Source: a bacterium
GTDB taxonomy: Bacteria; DUMJ01
Direction of reading: 5' to 3'
Length of the DNA stretch: 15,040 bases
Assembly: GCA_049970495.1 (NCBI GenBank)
Contig: JBMFMV010000047.1
Span: 1-15,040 of the forward strand
Part shown: piece after piece, positions 8,154 through 15,040 of the stretch
Layout: each line of letters opens with the position of its first letter
Numbering within the stretch: position 1 is the stretch's first letter
The notes under the pieces: generated by a model
Seen by the model: the letters and a program-made list of their open reading frames with translations, nothing else
Told to the model about the DNA's origin: nothing
Database searches by the model: none
Translations under genes and position numbers: made by a program

Positions 8154-9074
8154 TTAGTCTTCTCTTTCTCCTTTAGGGTCTATATGGACGGAGATATCTG
8201 CTCCCTTTAGCTTCCTCTTTATTCTATCCTGGACCTCTAATGCTATTCTATGCGCCTCTTTTGCAGATAGAGAATCCTCCACCTCTATGTGAAGGGATAT
8301 AACTTTACTACTCTGATAGTCGTGGACAAGTATATCGTGAAGGTCTAAGACCCCTGGGACAGAAAGGGTGATATCTCTTATACGGTTCAAAAGGTCTCTA
8401 TCAGGAGCCTTTCCTAAAAGGAAATCAACAGAGGATTTTATTAGTTCTACACCAACTATTCCCAAAAGGATAACTACCACTAACCCTAAAATTCCATCGA
8501 TATAAAAGAAATTAAACCTGACAAATATAAGACCTAACCCAACTAAAAGAGAAGCTACTGCATCACTTCTATGATGCCATGCATCCGCTATAAGAGCTTC
8601 CGAATTAATCTTTTCCCCCAAGTATATTGAGAATCTTGCCATCCATTCCTTGAATCCTGCAGAAATAATCATAAATATAATCACAGCTATATTTGACCCT
8701 ATTTTTACAGGGTTCATTATCCTCTCTATAGAAGACTTACCCAAATCATAGGCTACTATAAGAAGCATAAGAGCTATTACTAGTGTAGCTATCTGCTCAA
8801 TTCTTCCATGGCCAAAGGGGTGATCCTCATCTGCAGGTTTACTCCCAAGCTTAAAACCCAAAAGGACCACTATCGAAGTCAACACATCTGAGAGAGAATG
8901 GAAGGCATCTGCTATAAGTGAGATACTATTAAGGCTCAACCCAGCAAAAAACTTTACTAGGAATAAAAAGATATTTCCTACTATACTTACCCATGCCTCT
9001 AAATAACCAAAATCTCTTCTAGAGTTAAGCCTATGAGAAAAGAACTTATCAATAAGCCAGGCGTTAAAATCCAA
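8154..9074 (-). CDS. Cation diffusion facilitator family metal transporter (FieF/CzcD-like)
   Basis: SISLIADAFHSLSD, KPADEDHPFGHGRIE, ADAWHHRSD, and a C-terminal domain ending HIDP. TTG start with AGGAGG RBS. Confidence 0.93.
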   Translation of the reverse strand: MDFNAWLIDKFFSHRLNSRRDFGYLEAWVSIVGNIFLFLVKFFAGLSLNSISLIADAFHSLSDVLTSIVVLLGFKLGSKPADEDHPFGHGRIEQIATLVIALMLLIVAYDLGKSSIERIMNPVKIGSNIAVIIFMIISAGFKEWMARFSIYLGEKINSEALIADAWHHRSDAVASLLVGLGLIFVRFNFFYIDGILGLVVVILLGIVGVELIKSSVDFLLGKAPDRDLLNRIRDITLSVPGVLDLHDILVHDYQSSKVISLHIEVEDSLSAKEAHRIALEVQDRIKRKLKGADISVHIDPKGERED

Positions 9075-9101
9075 AATATATCCCTCCTTCTAAAAAATAG
9101 A

Positions 9102-9180
9102 TTTATTAGGAAGTCCTGCAGTAAGAACTACTGCTGCTCCAGAAAGGAGCCCGGCTTCGCCTGTTCTTCCCCCAAATAAA
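9102..9180 (-). ncRNA. NiCo (czcD) metal-sensing riboswitch, compact variant
   Basis: Minus strand: GGGGGAAG-AACA-GGC GAA GCC-GG-GCUCC UUUCU GGAGC-A-GCAGUAG UUCU UACUGC-AGGA-CUUCCU. This forms a four-way junction with the CAGGC..GCCGGGC..GCARCAG..CUGYRGGAC pattern recalled for NiCo, directly upstream of a CDF exporter. Confidence 0.82.
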
Positions 9181-9204
9181 ATTTTAATCCGTCTATTTTT
9201 GCTG

Positions 9205-10020
9205 TCAACTATCTATTAAGGACACAAACTCAGGCACTCTTCTATTAAATACCGCTAACTTTTCAAATCCAAGGTCTTTGACTAATTTATAGGCATCATT
9301 AATAAATTTTCCGGCATCTTCTGGCAGGTGAGCATCAGAACCAAAAGTTATTGGTATCTTATATCTAGAAATAATCTCAAGAAACCTTGGAGAAGGGTAT
9401 ATCTCTTTAACAGGTCTTCTTAAACCTGAAGTATTTATCTCTAAGACTATACCTGAATTAGCTATCACTTTAGAGACATCTTCATATACATCTTCGATAT
9501 TTTCAGGTAGGGGGACCCCCCAAAGTTTTATTAAATCTAAATGGGCTATTATATCAAATAAGCCACTATTAATAGCCATTTTGACCCTCTCAAAATAATC
9601 AATAAATATCCCTTCTAAGTCATTGCTCCACCTAGGGTCATTCGGGTCTATATCAAATCCAAAACCGCTCTTAAGCCAATGAACAGAGCCCAAGACATAA
9701 TCAAATACATTGTAATATTCTAAAAATTTTCTAATCTCATCTTCCTTCTCTGGGAAATAGTCCATCTCTATCCCTATTTTTACATTGTACGCCTTCTTTA
9801 ACTCTTCCATAAAGTTAATATATCTTTCTAGAATGCTGTCACACCACTTTTCGGTGTAAGGAAGATGTTTATAGATATGCCTAGCTTCTACAAATCTGTG
9901 GGCATGTTCACTCACTCCAAACTCTTTTATCCCATTTTCCAATTCTTTACTATAAAATTCTTCCCACCATTCCTTCGTAAATTCACCCTTTTCTAGATGC
10001 ATATGATAGTCGAGCACCAA
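9205..10020 (-). CDS. PHP-domain phosphatase, histidinol-phosphatase HisK/HisJ family
   Basis: DYHMH, SEHA, GIEMDY, DYVLGSVH, AHLDL, EINTSG, GSDAH. TTG at 10020 is preferred over ATG at 10035 because GGAGG lies 8 nt upstream of it. Confidence 0.88.
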   Translation of the reverse strand: MVLDYHMHLEKGEFTKEWWEEFYSKELENGIKEFGVSEHAHRFVEARHIYKHLPYTEKWCDSILERYINFMEELKKAYNVKIGIEMDYFPEKEDEIRKFLEYYNVFDYVLGSVHWLKSGFGFDIDPNDPRWSNDLEGIFIDYFERVKMAINSGLFDIIAHLDLIKLWGVPLPENIEDVYEDVSKVIANSGIVLEINTSGLRRPVKEIYPSPRFLEIISRYKIPITFGSDAHLPEDAGKFINDAYKLVKDLGFEKLAVFNRRVPEFVSLIDS

Positions 10021-10051
10021 TTTTCTTGCCTCCATTCCTTATGAAAATTCA

Positions 10052-10139
10052 TGGCGGAGAGGGTGGGATTCGAACCCACGGGGTATTTCTACCCGCTCGC
10101 TTTCGAGGCGAGTGCTTTAAACCACTCAGCCACCTCTCC
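10052..10139 (-). tRNA. tRNA-Ser(CGA)
   Basis: GGAGAGG acceptor stem, anticodon arm CTCGC-CT CGA AA-GCGAG, long variable arm GGGTA-GAAA-TACCC, GTTCGAATC T-loop, discriminator G and encoded CCA. Confidence 0.97.
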
Positions 10140-10151
10140 ACCAAATAGATA

Positions 10152-10361
10152 TTAATCTTCTAGAAAGCCCGGAACCCTAATCTTAAGCTTATTTTCAGCT
10201 AATTCCTTTATAGCTATACTTAACGGGTTTAACTTCCTTGTAAGGAGTGAAGCTGTATCATGTATCTCTTCCGCACGTTTAGCTACTGCTATTGTTACTA
10301 TGTATCTATTAGTGGTTAATTTTAATACATTATCAAGGTCTGATATCTCCAAAGTATTCAA
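10152..10361 (-). CDS. rpoZ: RNA polymerase omega subunit
   Basis: 69 aa with NRYIVTIAVAKRA and NPLSIAIKEL, matching the omega subunit motifs. Confidence 0.85.
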   Translation of the reverse strand: MNTLEISDLDNVLKLTTNRYIVTIAVAKRAEEIHDTASLLTRKLNPLSIAIKELAENKLKIRVPGFLED

Positions 10362-10860
10362 CCCCCTTTAGCACTTTTGGTATAAGCCTTCCTTCAAAAA
10401 ACCTTAAGATTCTAGTACTAACAAAATCTCTGTTCGTTAAGGGTCTAACAAGTATACTCCTAATTCCAATTATATTACTGCCAAAAACATCCATGAATAA
10501 CTGGTCACCTATAGATAATACTTCATCCCTTTTTAATCCAAGGATCTTTATAGCCCTAAGAAAACTAAACGGTAAAGGTTTAAAAGCATTTGTTATTACT
10601 GGTAAATTAAGTTCCCTACCAATAAACATAGCCCTATCTCTCTTATCTGTATTAGACAAAAGGCAACATCTTATTCCAGCTCTCTTTAATTTTTCTATAA
10701 ATTCTCTAGACTTATTGGGTATATCCCATGAGCCCCAAGGAACGAGAGTATTATCAAGGTCTAATATAACTCCTCTGATATTATAACTTAACAGCCTTGA
10801 AACATCAATATCCGATATACAAATAGCATAGCCAAATGGCTTTAGATATCTAGATATCAC
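10333..10860 (-). CDS. yqeG: YqeG family HAD-IIIA phosphatase
   Basis: GVILDLDNTLVPW, LLSN, KP, IGDQLFMDV, ILVRPL. Confidence 0.88.
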   Translation of the reverse strand: MISRYLKPFGYAICISDIDVSRLLSYNIRGVILDLDNTLVPWGSWDIPNKSREFIEKLKRAGIRCCLLSNTDKRDRAMFIGRELNLPVITNAFKPLPFSFLRAIKILGLKRDEVLSIGDQLFMDVFGSNIIGIRSILVRPLTNRDFVSTRILRFFEGRLIPKVLKGVEYFGDIRP

Positions 10861-11495
10861 TCTTTTACTTTAAATTCTGCCTCAACAGCCCCGGTAGCTT
10901 CTAGTACCTGTGTCTTGGTGTTAAGGACCGCCTCATTACTCTTCAAAGTTATGTCTTCTCTAGTAATGATTACATTTCCAGTTAACCGAAATTCTTCCTT
11001 ATCTATAAGGAATATCCCGCTATTAGCAGAAGCCTTTGTCCCTTCCTGTTCTACTGTCACCTGCTCTACCTTTGCCTCTTTTGTATTTGTATTATAATCG
11101 AGCTTACTACAATTTATTGTGGCAGAAACATTCCCTTTTTCGTCTAGACTTAGAATCTTAACATCCTTTTTTATCACAATCCTATTATTATTTAGTGCCG
11201 CTTCCATATCTGTTCCGGTAATCTTAAGCTTTTCCATCTCTACCCTTACTGAGCCTGGAATAACCATAATCTGTTTATCTTGGTCAAAATCTAATTTACT
11301 TCCCCAGATCTTAGGTCCATCTTTAAGTTCAACCCTTACATTACCCTCTACCTTTAACATCTTTGTCTTCATATCATAGATGAACTTATCTCCGTATAAC
11401 TTCCCACTCTGAGTAGTAGTTTGCTGTTTCTGAGCATAAATAATAGTTGGAACAAGCAATAATAAACATAGAGCTAAAATTACTAATTTACGCAT
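10857..11495 (-). CDS. LptA/OstA-like beta-jellyroll periplasmic protein
   Basis: Signal peptide followed by repeated beta-strand units (VEGNVRV, PGSVRV, LTGNVII, ATGAV); lies downstream of an LptC-like gene. Confidence 0.72.
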   Translation of the reverse strand: MRKLVILALCLLLLVPTIIYAQKQQTTTQSGKLYGDKFIYDMKTKMLKVEGNVRVELKDGPKIWGSKLDFDQDKQIMVIPGSVRVEMEKLKITGTDMEAALNNNRIVIKKDVKILSLDEKGNVSATINCSKLDYNTNTKEAKVEQVTVEQEGTKASANSGIFLIDKEEFRLTGNVIITREDITLKSNEAVLNTKTQVLEATGAVEAEFKVKE

Positions 11496-11507
11496 AAGAC
11501 CTCCTTT

Positions 11508-12026
11508 TTAAAACTCTAATACCGGATTCCCTAATAATTCTATCCTTTGAGCAATAAAATCTGCCCTTATATTCGTACATCTAACTCTGTAAGAGGCAAT
11601 ACGGACTTCGATATTTCCATTAGCCTCAAATATACTATTCCTATTCTCCCAATTTAGTCTATCCGCTAGTACCTCGAAGTCTTTTCCCCTAATCCTCCCC
11701 TTAGAGTATATTCTAAAATCACTGGTTACTAGATTAACCTCTCCCCCAATCCCATCAAAAGAGACTAATAACTCTCCATTTTCATTGAAGACACTGCCCT
11801 CTATCTTCCCATATATAATGGCAGTGGTCTCAGTTTCAGCTTTAAATCTATCTGCCTTTAAAATAAAACTCTTTCTCCCCTCATACATACCTACTATCTC
11901 TCCCCCTTCTATTACCAATTTAGGTCTTGAAGGTGCCTCTTCCTCTCTTTCAGGAGATGTCTTCCATAGCCACCAACCTATAAGGGATATGCAGAGGATT
12001 ATAGCTATTAGTGTAAGATACCTCAT
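11508..12026 (-). CDS. LptC-like membrane-anchored beta-jellyroll protein
   Basis: Single N-terminal TM helix followed by beta-rich sequence (LKAD, ADRLNW, ANGNIEV, LLGNP); adjacent to the LptA-like gene. Confidence 0.6.
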   Translation of the reverse strand: MRYLTLIAIILCISLIGWWLWKTSPEREEEAPSRPKLVIEGGEIVGMYEGRKSFILKADRFKAETETTAIIYGKIEGSVFNENGELLVSFDGIGGEVNLVTSDFRIYSKGRIRGKDFEVLADRLNWENRNSIFEANGNIEVRIASYRVRCTNIRADFIAQRIELLGNPVLEF

Positions 12027-12802
12027 AGTATCTCTATAATCTTTTTATAAGTAACTGCTATTTCATCTAAATGTTCGTAGTCTGTCATATCTATCCTTAT
12101 CGGAGTAATAGAAATATATCCATCCCTTATGGCGCTAAGGTCACTTCCACTTTCACCATTATCTATCGGAGAGGCATCAAGCCAATAGTAGGGTTCTCCA
12201 AATGGGTCAAACCTTTTAATAATCCTCGGTATATATCTCTTAGAGCCTTGATAAGTGAATCTAACCCCTAGAGGTTTATTAATAGGAGGGATATTTACAT
12301 TTAGGAGAACATCCTTTGGAAGACCATACTTTAAAACTAACCCCGCCAATTTACAGGTAAAATCTCCAGCCATCTCAAATATACTCTTTTCTACATCCAG
12401 GTGAGTAGTTAAAGAAACCGCTATGGAAGGGATACCACATATAACTCCTTCCATAGCGGCAGATACAGTTCCAGAATAAGTAATGTCTATACCAACATTT
12501 GCCCCATGATTTATTCCTGAGACTACTAAGTCTACCCTATCCTTTATAATCTCATATATGCCAATAAGAATACAGTCAGCAGGTGTCCCATTCGTTACCC
12601 AGGTCTCTATACCATCAGAGATCTTCCTTACCCTTATAGGCTCTCTCAAAGTTATAGCATGTCCACTAGCGCTTCTCTGTCTATCAGGAGAAACAATAAC
12701 AACTCTACCTAACCTACTCAGGTATCTCCCTAGTATCGAAAGACCAACAGCACCAAGTCCATCATCATTAGATACTAGGATAGTAGGAAGGTTTTTTGTC
12801 AT
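12023..12802 (-). CDS. surE: 5'/3'-nucleotidase SurE
   Basis: ILVSNDDG, SASGHAIT, GTPADC, SGINHGAN, YSGTVSAA, ISITP. Confidence 0.95.
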   Translation of the reverse strand: MTKNLPTILVSNDDGLGAVGLSILGRYLSRLGRVVIVSPDRQRSASGHAITLREPIRVRKISDGIETWVTNGTPADCILIGIYEIIKDRVDLVVSGINHGANVGIDITYSGTVSAAMEGVICGIPSIAVSLTTHLDVEKSIFEMAGDFTCKLAGLVLKYGLPKDVLLNVNIPPINKPLGVRFTYQGSKRYIPRIIKRFDPFGEPYYWLDASPIDNGESGSDLSAIRDGYISITPIRIDMTDYEHLDEIAVTYKKIIEIL

Positions 12803-13062
12803 CTACGAGGTTCTACTATAAACTTTATCGCTGTCCTCTCCTCATTGTCTATTTCTACATTGACAAAAGCAGGAATACAGACAATTTCTAAACCACTTGG
12901 AGCCAAAAATCCTCTTGCTATAGCTATGGCTTTTACCGCTTGGTTTACAGCCCCTGCTCCAATAGCTTGCATCTCGACAACTCCTTCTTCTCTTATTACC
13001 CCTGCCAGAGCTCCGGCAACAGAATTTGGATTAGACTTTGCAGAAACTTTTAATGTTGTCAT
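12799..13062 (-). CDS. spoVS: Stage V sporulation protein S family (Alba-like nucleic acid-binding protein)
   Basis: LKVSAKSNPNSVAGALAG...AIGAGAVNQAVKAIAIARGF...PAF...ERTAIKF; conserved position after rny-ymdB. Confidence 0.96.
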   Translation of the reverse strand: MTTLKVSAKSNPNSVAGALAGVIREEGVVEMQAIGAGAVNQAVKAIAIARGFLAPSGLEIVCIPAFVNVEIDNEERTAIKFIVEPRR

Positions 13063-13065
13063 TTT

Positions 13066-13875
13066 TCAATCCTCCTTATAATATTTTCTAATTCTTTCTA
13101 TAGATATAGCCCTACCTATACTAGTATCTATCTCTAATATTATCCCATTAAAAAGGGTCCTCCCTTTAGCTACCCTAAATCTCCTAGGGATAGATGTCAA
13201 AAATTTCTCTATAATAAGGTCCTTATCCTCACCTATGATACCATCTGCGGACCCAATCATACCTACATCTGATATATAGGCTGTTCCTAATTGAGATATC
13301 TCCTCATCTGCAGTCTGGACATGAGTATGTGTCCCAAATATGGCACTTACCATCCCATCAAGGTATCTCCAAAGTGCTATCTTCTCTGAAGTCGCCTCTG
13401 CATGGAAGTCAATAATTATAGACTTTACCCCTTCGCTGTGTAGTTCTTCTACTATCTCTTTCCCTTTTCTAAATGGACAGTCAAGATATACACCTGTAAA
13501 TACACGTCCCATAAGATTAATGATACCAAGTTTTTCTCTATTAGGCAAGTTTAACACTAAATACCCTCTGCCTGGCACATCAGGGGGATAGTTTAGGGGT
13601 CTTAAGATTCTCTCCTCTTCTCTTACTAACTCTACCCCTTCTTTTTTATCCCAAATATGGTTCCCAGAGGTAATTACATCTACAGAAAGGGAGAAGAGCT
13701 CTTCTGCTACCTCTTTTGTTATTCCAAAACCACCCGCAGCATTTTCTCCATTAACTATTATTAAATCTATATCTACTTCTTTTTTAAGTTCCTTAAGAGC
13801 TTCAGCTAAGGCTCTTCTTCCAGGTCTTCCAACTACATCCCCACCTACTAAAATCCTTAGTATATTATCTTGCAT
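13066..13875 (-). CDS. ymdB: YmdB-like metallophosphoesterase (2',3'-cyclic nucleotide phosphodiesterase)
   Basis: [53 protein letters not shown]. Confidence 0.94.
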   Translation of the reverse strand: MQDNILRILVGGDVVGRPGRRALAEALKELKKEVDIDLIIVNGENAAGGFGITKEVAEELFSLSVDVITSGNHIWDKKEGVELVREEERILRPLNYPPDVPGRGYLVLNLPNREKLGIINLMGRVFTGVYLDCPFRKGKEIVEELHSEGVKSIIIDFHAEATSEKIALWRYLDGMVSAIFGTHTHVQTADEEISQLGTAYISDVGMIGSADGIIGEDKDLIIEKFLTSIPRRFRVAKGRTLFNGIILEIDTSIGRAISIERIRKYYKED

Positions 13876-15040
13876 ACTCTATCGCTCTCGTCTCTCTTAT
13901 GACTATTACCCTTATCTGTCCTGGATATTCTAGTTCATCCTCTATCTTCTTTGCTAGGTCTCTAGCCAACTCATAAGCAGAAAGGTCATCTATTTTCTCT
14001 GGTTCTACTATAACCCTTATCTCTCGCCCAGCCTGTAAGGCATAAGCTTTTTCAACACCATCAAAGGTAACTGCTAATTCTTCAAGTCTCTTTATGCGTT
14101 TTATATAAGCCTCTAAAGTCTCTTTACGGGCTCCTGGCCTAGCAGCAGATATAGCATCAGCTGCCTGAACTAAAACTGCTTCTATGCTGTTAGGGGTCTC
14201 TTCTCCATGATGACTTGCTATGGCATTTACTACAACTTCATTTTCATTGTACTTACGTGCAAACTCTGCCCCGAGTAATGCATGAGGACCTTCTGCATCA
14301 TAATCTAAAGCCTTTCCTATATCGTGAAGTAATCCTGCCCTTTTGGCTAATGTAGGATCTAGCCCTAGCTCTGCAGCCATCATCCCTGCCAATCTAGATA
14401 CCTCTTTTGAATGTTGTAAGACATTCTGACCATAGCTGGTCCTAAAAGTAAGCCTTCCGAGCGCCCTTACAATTTCGGGGTGTACTCTAGTTATTTTAGC
14501 CTCAAATATTGCCTTCTCTCCCTCTTCCTTTATCCTGCTCTCAACTTCATGTTGAGCCTTTTCCACCATCTCTTCTATACGAGCAGGATGAATTCTCCCA
14601 TCTTGTATAAGTTTTTCAAGGGATAATCGAGCTATCTCCCTCCTTATAGGGTCATAACTCGATAAAACAACCACTTCCGGAGTATCATCTATTATGAGGT
14701 CTACCCCGGTAAGCATTTCTAATGTCCTTATATTCCTTCCTTCACGTCCTATAATCCTCCCCTTCATCTCTTCACTAGGAAGGGTTACAACAGTCACCGT
14801 AGAAGAGGCTACTTCATCGGAAGCACAACGCTGTATAGCAGAAGCTATTATCTCTCTAGCCTTTTTATCTGCCTCTTCTTTCAATTCCATCTCTATTTCA
14901 TATAACCTTGCTACCGCTTCTCTCCTTGCCTCTGACTCTATACTTGACATCAAAATTTCTTTAGCCTCTTCTGCTGTCATATTGGCTATTCTCTCTAATT
15001 CCTTAAGGCTCTGCTCTCTTAGAGTCTCTATCTCCTTTTC
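13865..15040 (-). CDS. rny: Ribonuclease Y (5'-truncated; the frame stays open to the window edge)
   Basis: KH domain [16 protein letters not shown] domain [29 protein letters not shown]. The 20 codons upstream of 14980 are open ([20 protein letters not shown]). Confidence 0.97.
   Translation of the reverse strand, partial: EKEIETLREQSLKELERIANMTAEEAKEILMSSIESEARREAVARLYEIEMELKEEADKKAREIIASAIQRCASDEVASSTVTVVTLPSEEMKGRIIGREGRNIRTLEMLTGVDLIIDDTPEVVVLSSYDPIRREIARLSLEKLIQDGRIHPARIEEMVEKAQHEVESRIKEEGEKAIFEAKITRVHPEIVRALGRLTFRTSYGQNVLQHSKEVSRLAGMMAAELGLDPTLAKRAGLLHDIGKALDYDAEGPHALLGAEFARKYNENEVVVNAIASHHGEETPNSIEAVLVQAADAISAARPGARKETLEAYIKRIKRLEELAVTFDGVEKAYALQAGREIRVIVEPEKIDDLSAYELARDLAKKIEDELEYPGQIRVIVIRETRAIEYAR

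Noticed and set aside
10052..10075. tRNA 3' end as the integration site (att) for the catabolic block
   Set aside because: I saw no duplicate of the tRNA 3' end, and no integrase or transposase, in the window.
12799..13062. spoVS as evidence of sporulation
   Set aside because: SpoVS homologues are widespread in non-sporulating bacteria, and the rny-ymdB-spoVS order is well known.
3566..13591. All short plus-strand ORFs in the track (60-97 aa)
   Set aside because: They are antisense shadows of well-supported minus-strand genes and have no recognisable motifs.
14978..14980. ATG at 14980 as the rny start codon
   Set aside because: The frame is open to the window edge, and the N-terminal TM and coiled-coil region of RNase Y is missing, so the true start lies outside the window.
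1..15040. CRISPR arrays, IS elements, phage or defence genes
   Set aside because: I saw no repeat-spacer arrays or recognisable mobile or defence proteins.

Overview
AT-rich bacterial window in which every supported gene lies on the minus strand. It has two parts. (1) Right, 8154-15040: a tightly coupled housekeeping string: rny (5'-truncated), ymdB-like phosphoesterase, spoVS, surE, lptC-like, lptA/OstA-like, yqeG-like HAD, rpoZ, tRNA-Ser(CGA), PHP/HisK-type phosphatase, then a cation diffusion facilitator (CDF) metal exporter. The CDF leader contains a compact NiCo (czcD)-type metal riboswitch. (2) Left, 1-7921: a self-contained catabolic operon with its own sigma70 promoter and tandem 10-bp operator-like repeats. 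It encodes a DeoR regulator, a class III PLP aminotransferase, a Gfo/Idh/MocA oxidoreductase, a carbohydrate ABC binding protein with two permeases, and a GH38 glycosidase that runs off the window and is missing from the ORF track. This gene set suggests an uncharacterised amino-sugar or aminocyclitol glycoside utilisation pathway (inference). SpoVS/rny/ymdB together with Lpt-like genes and a non-lipoprotein binding protein point to a diderm Terrabacteria-type organism (inference). All family assignments come from motif recognition by eye; no searches were run.
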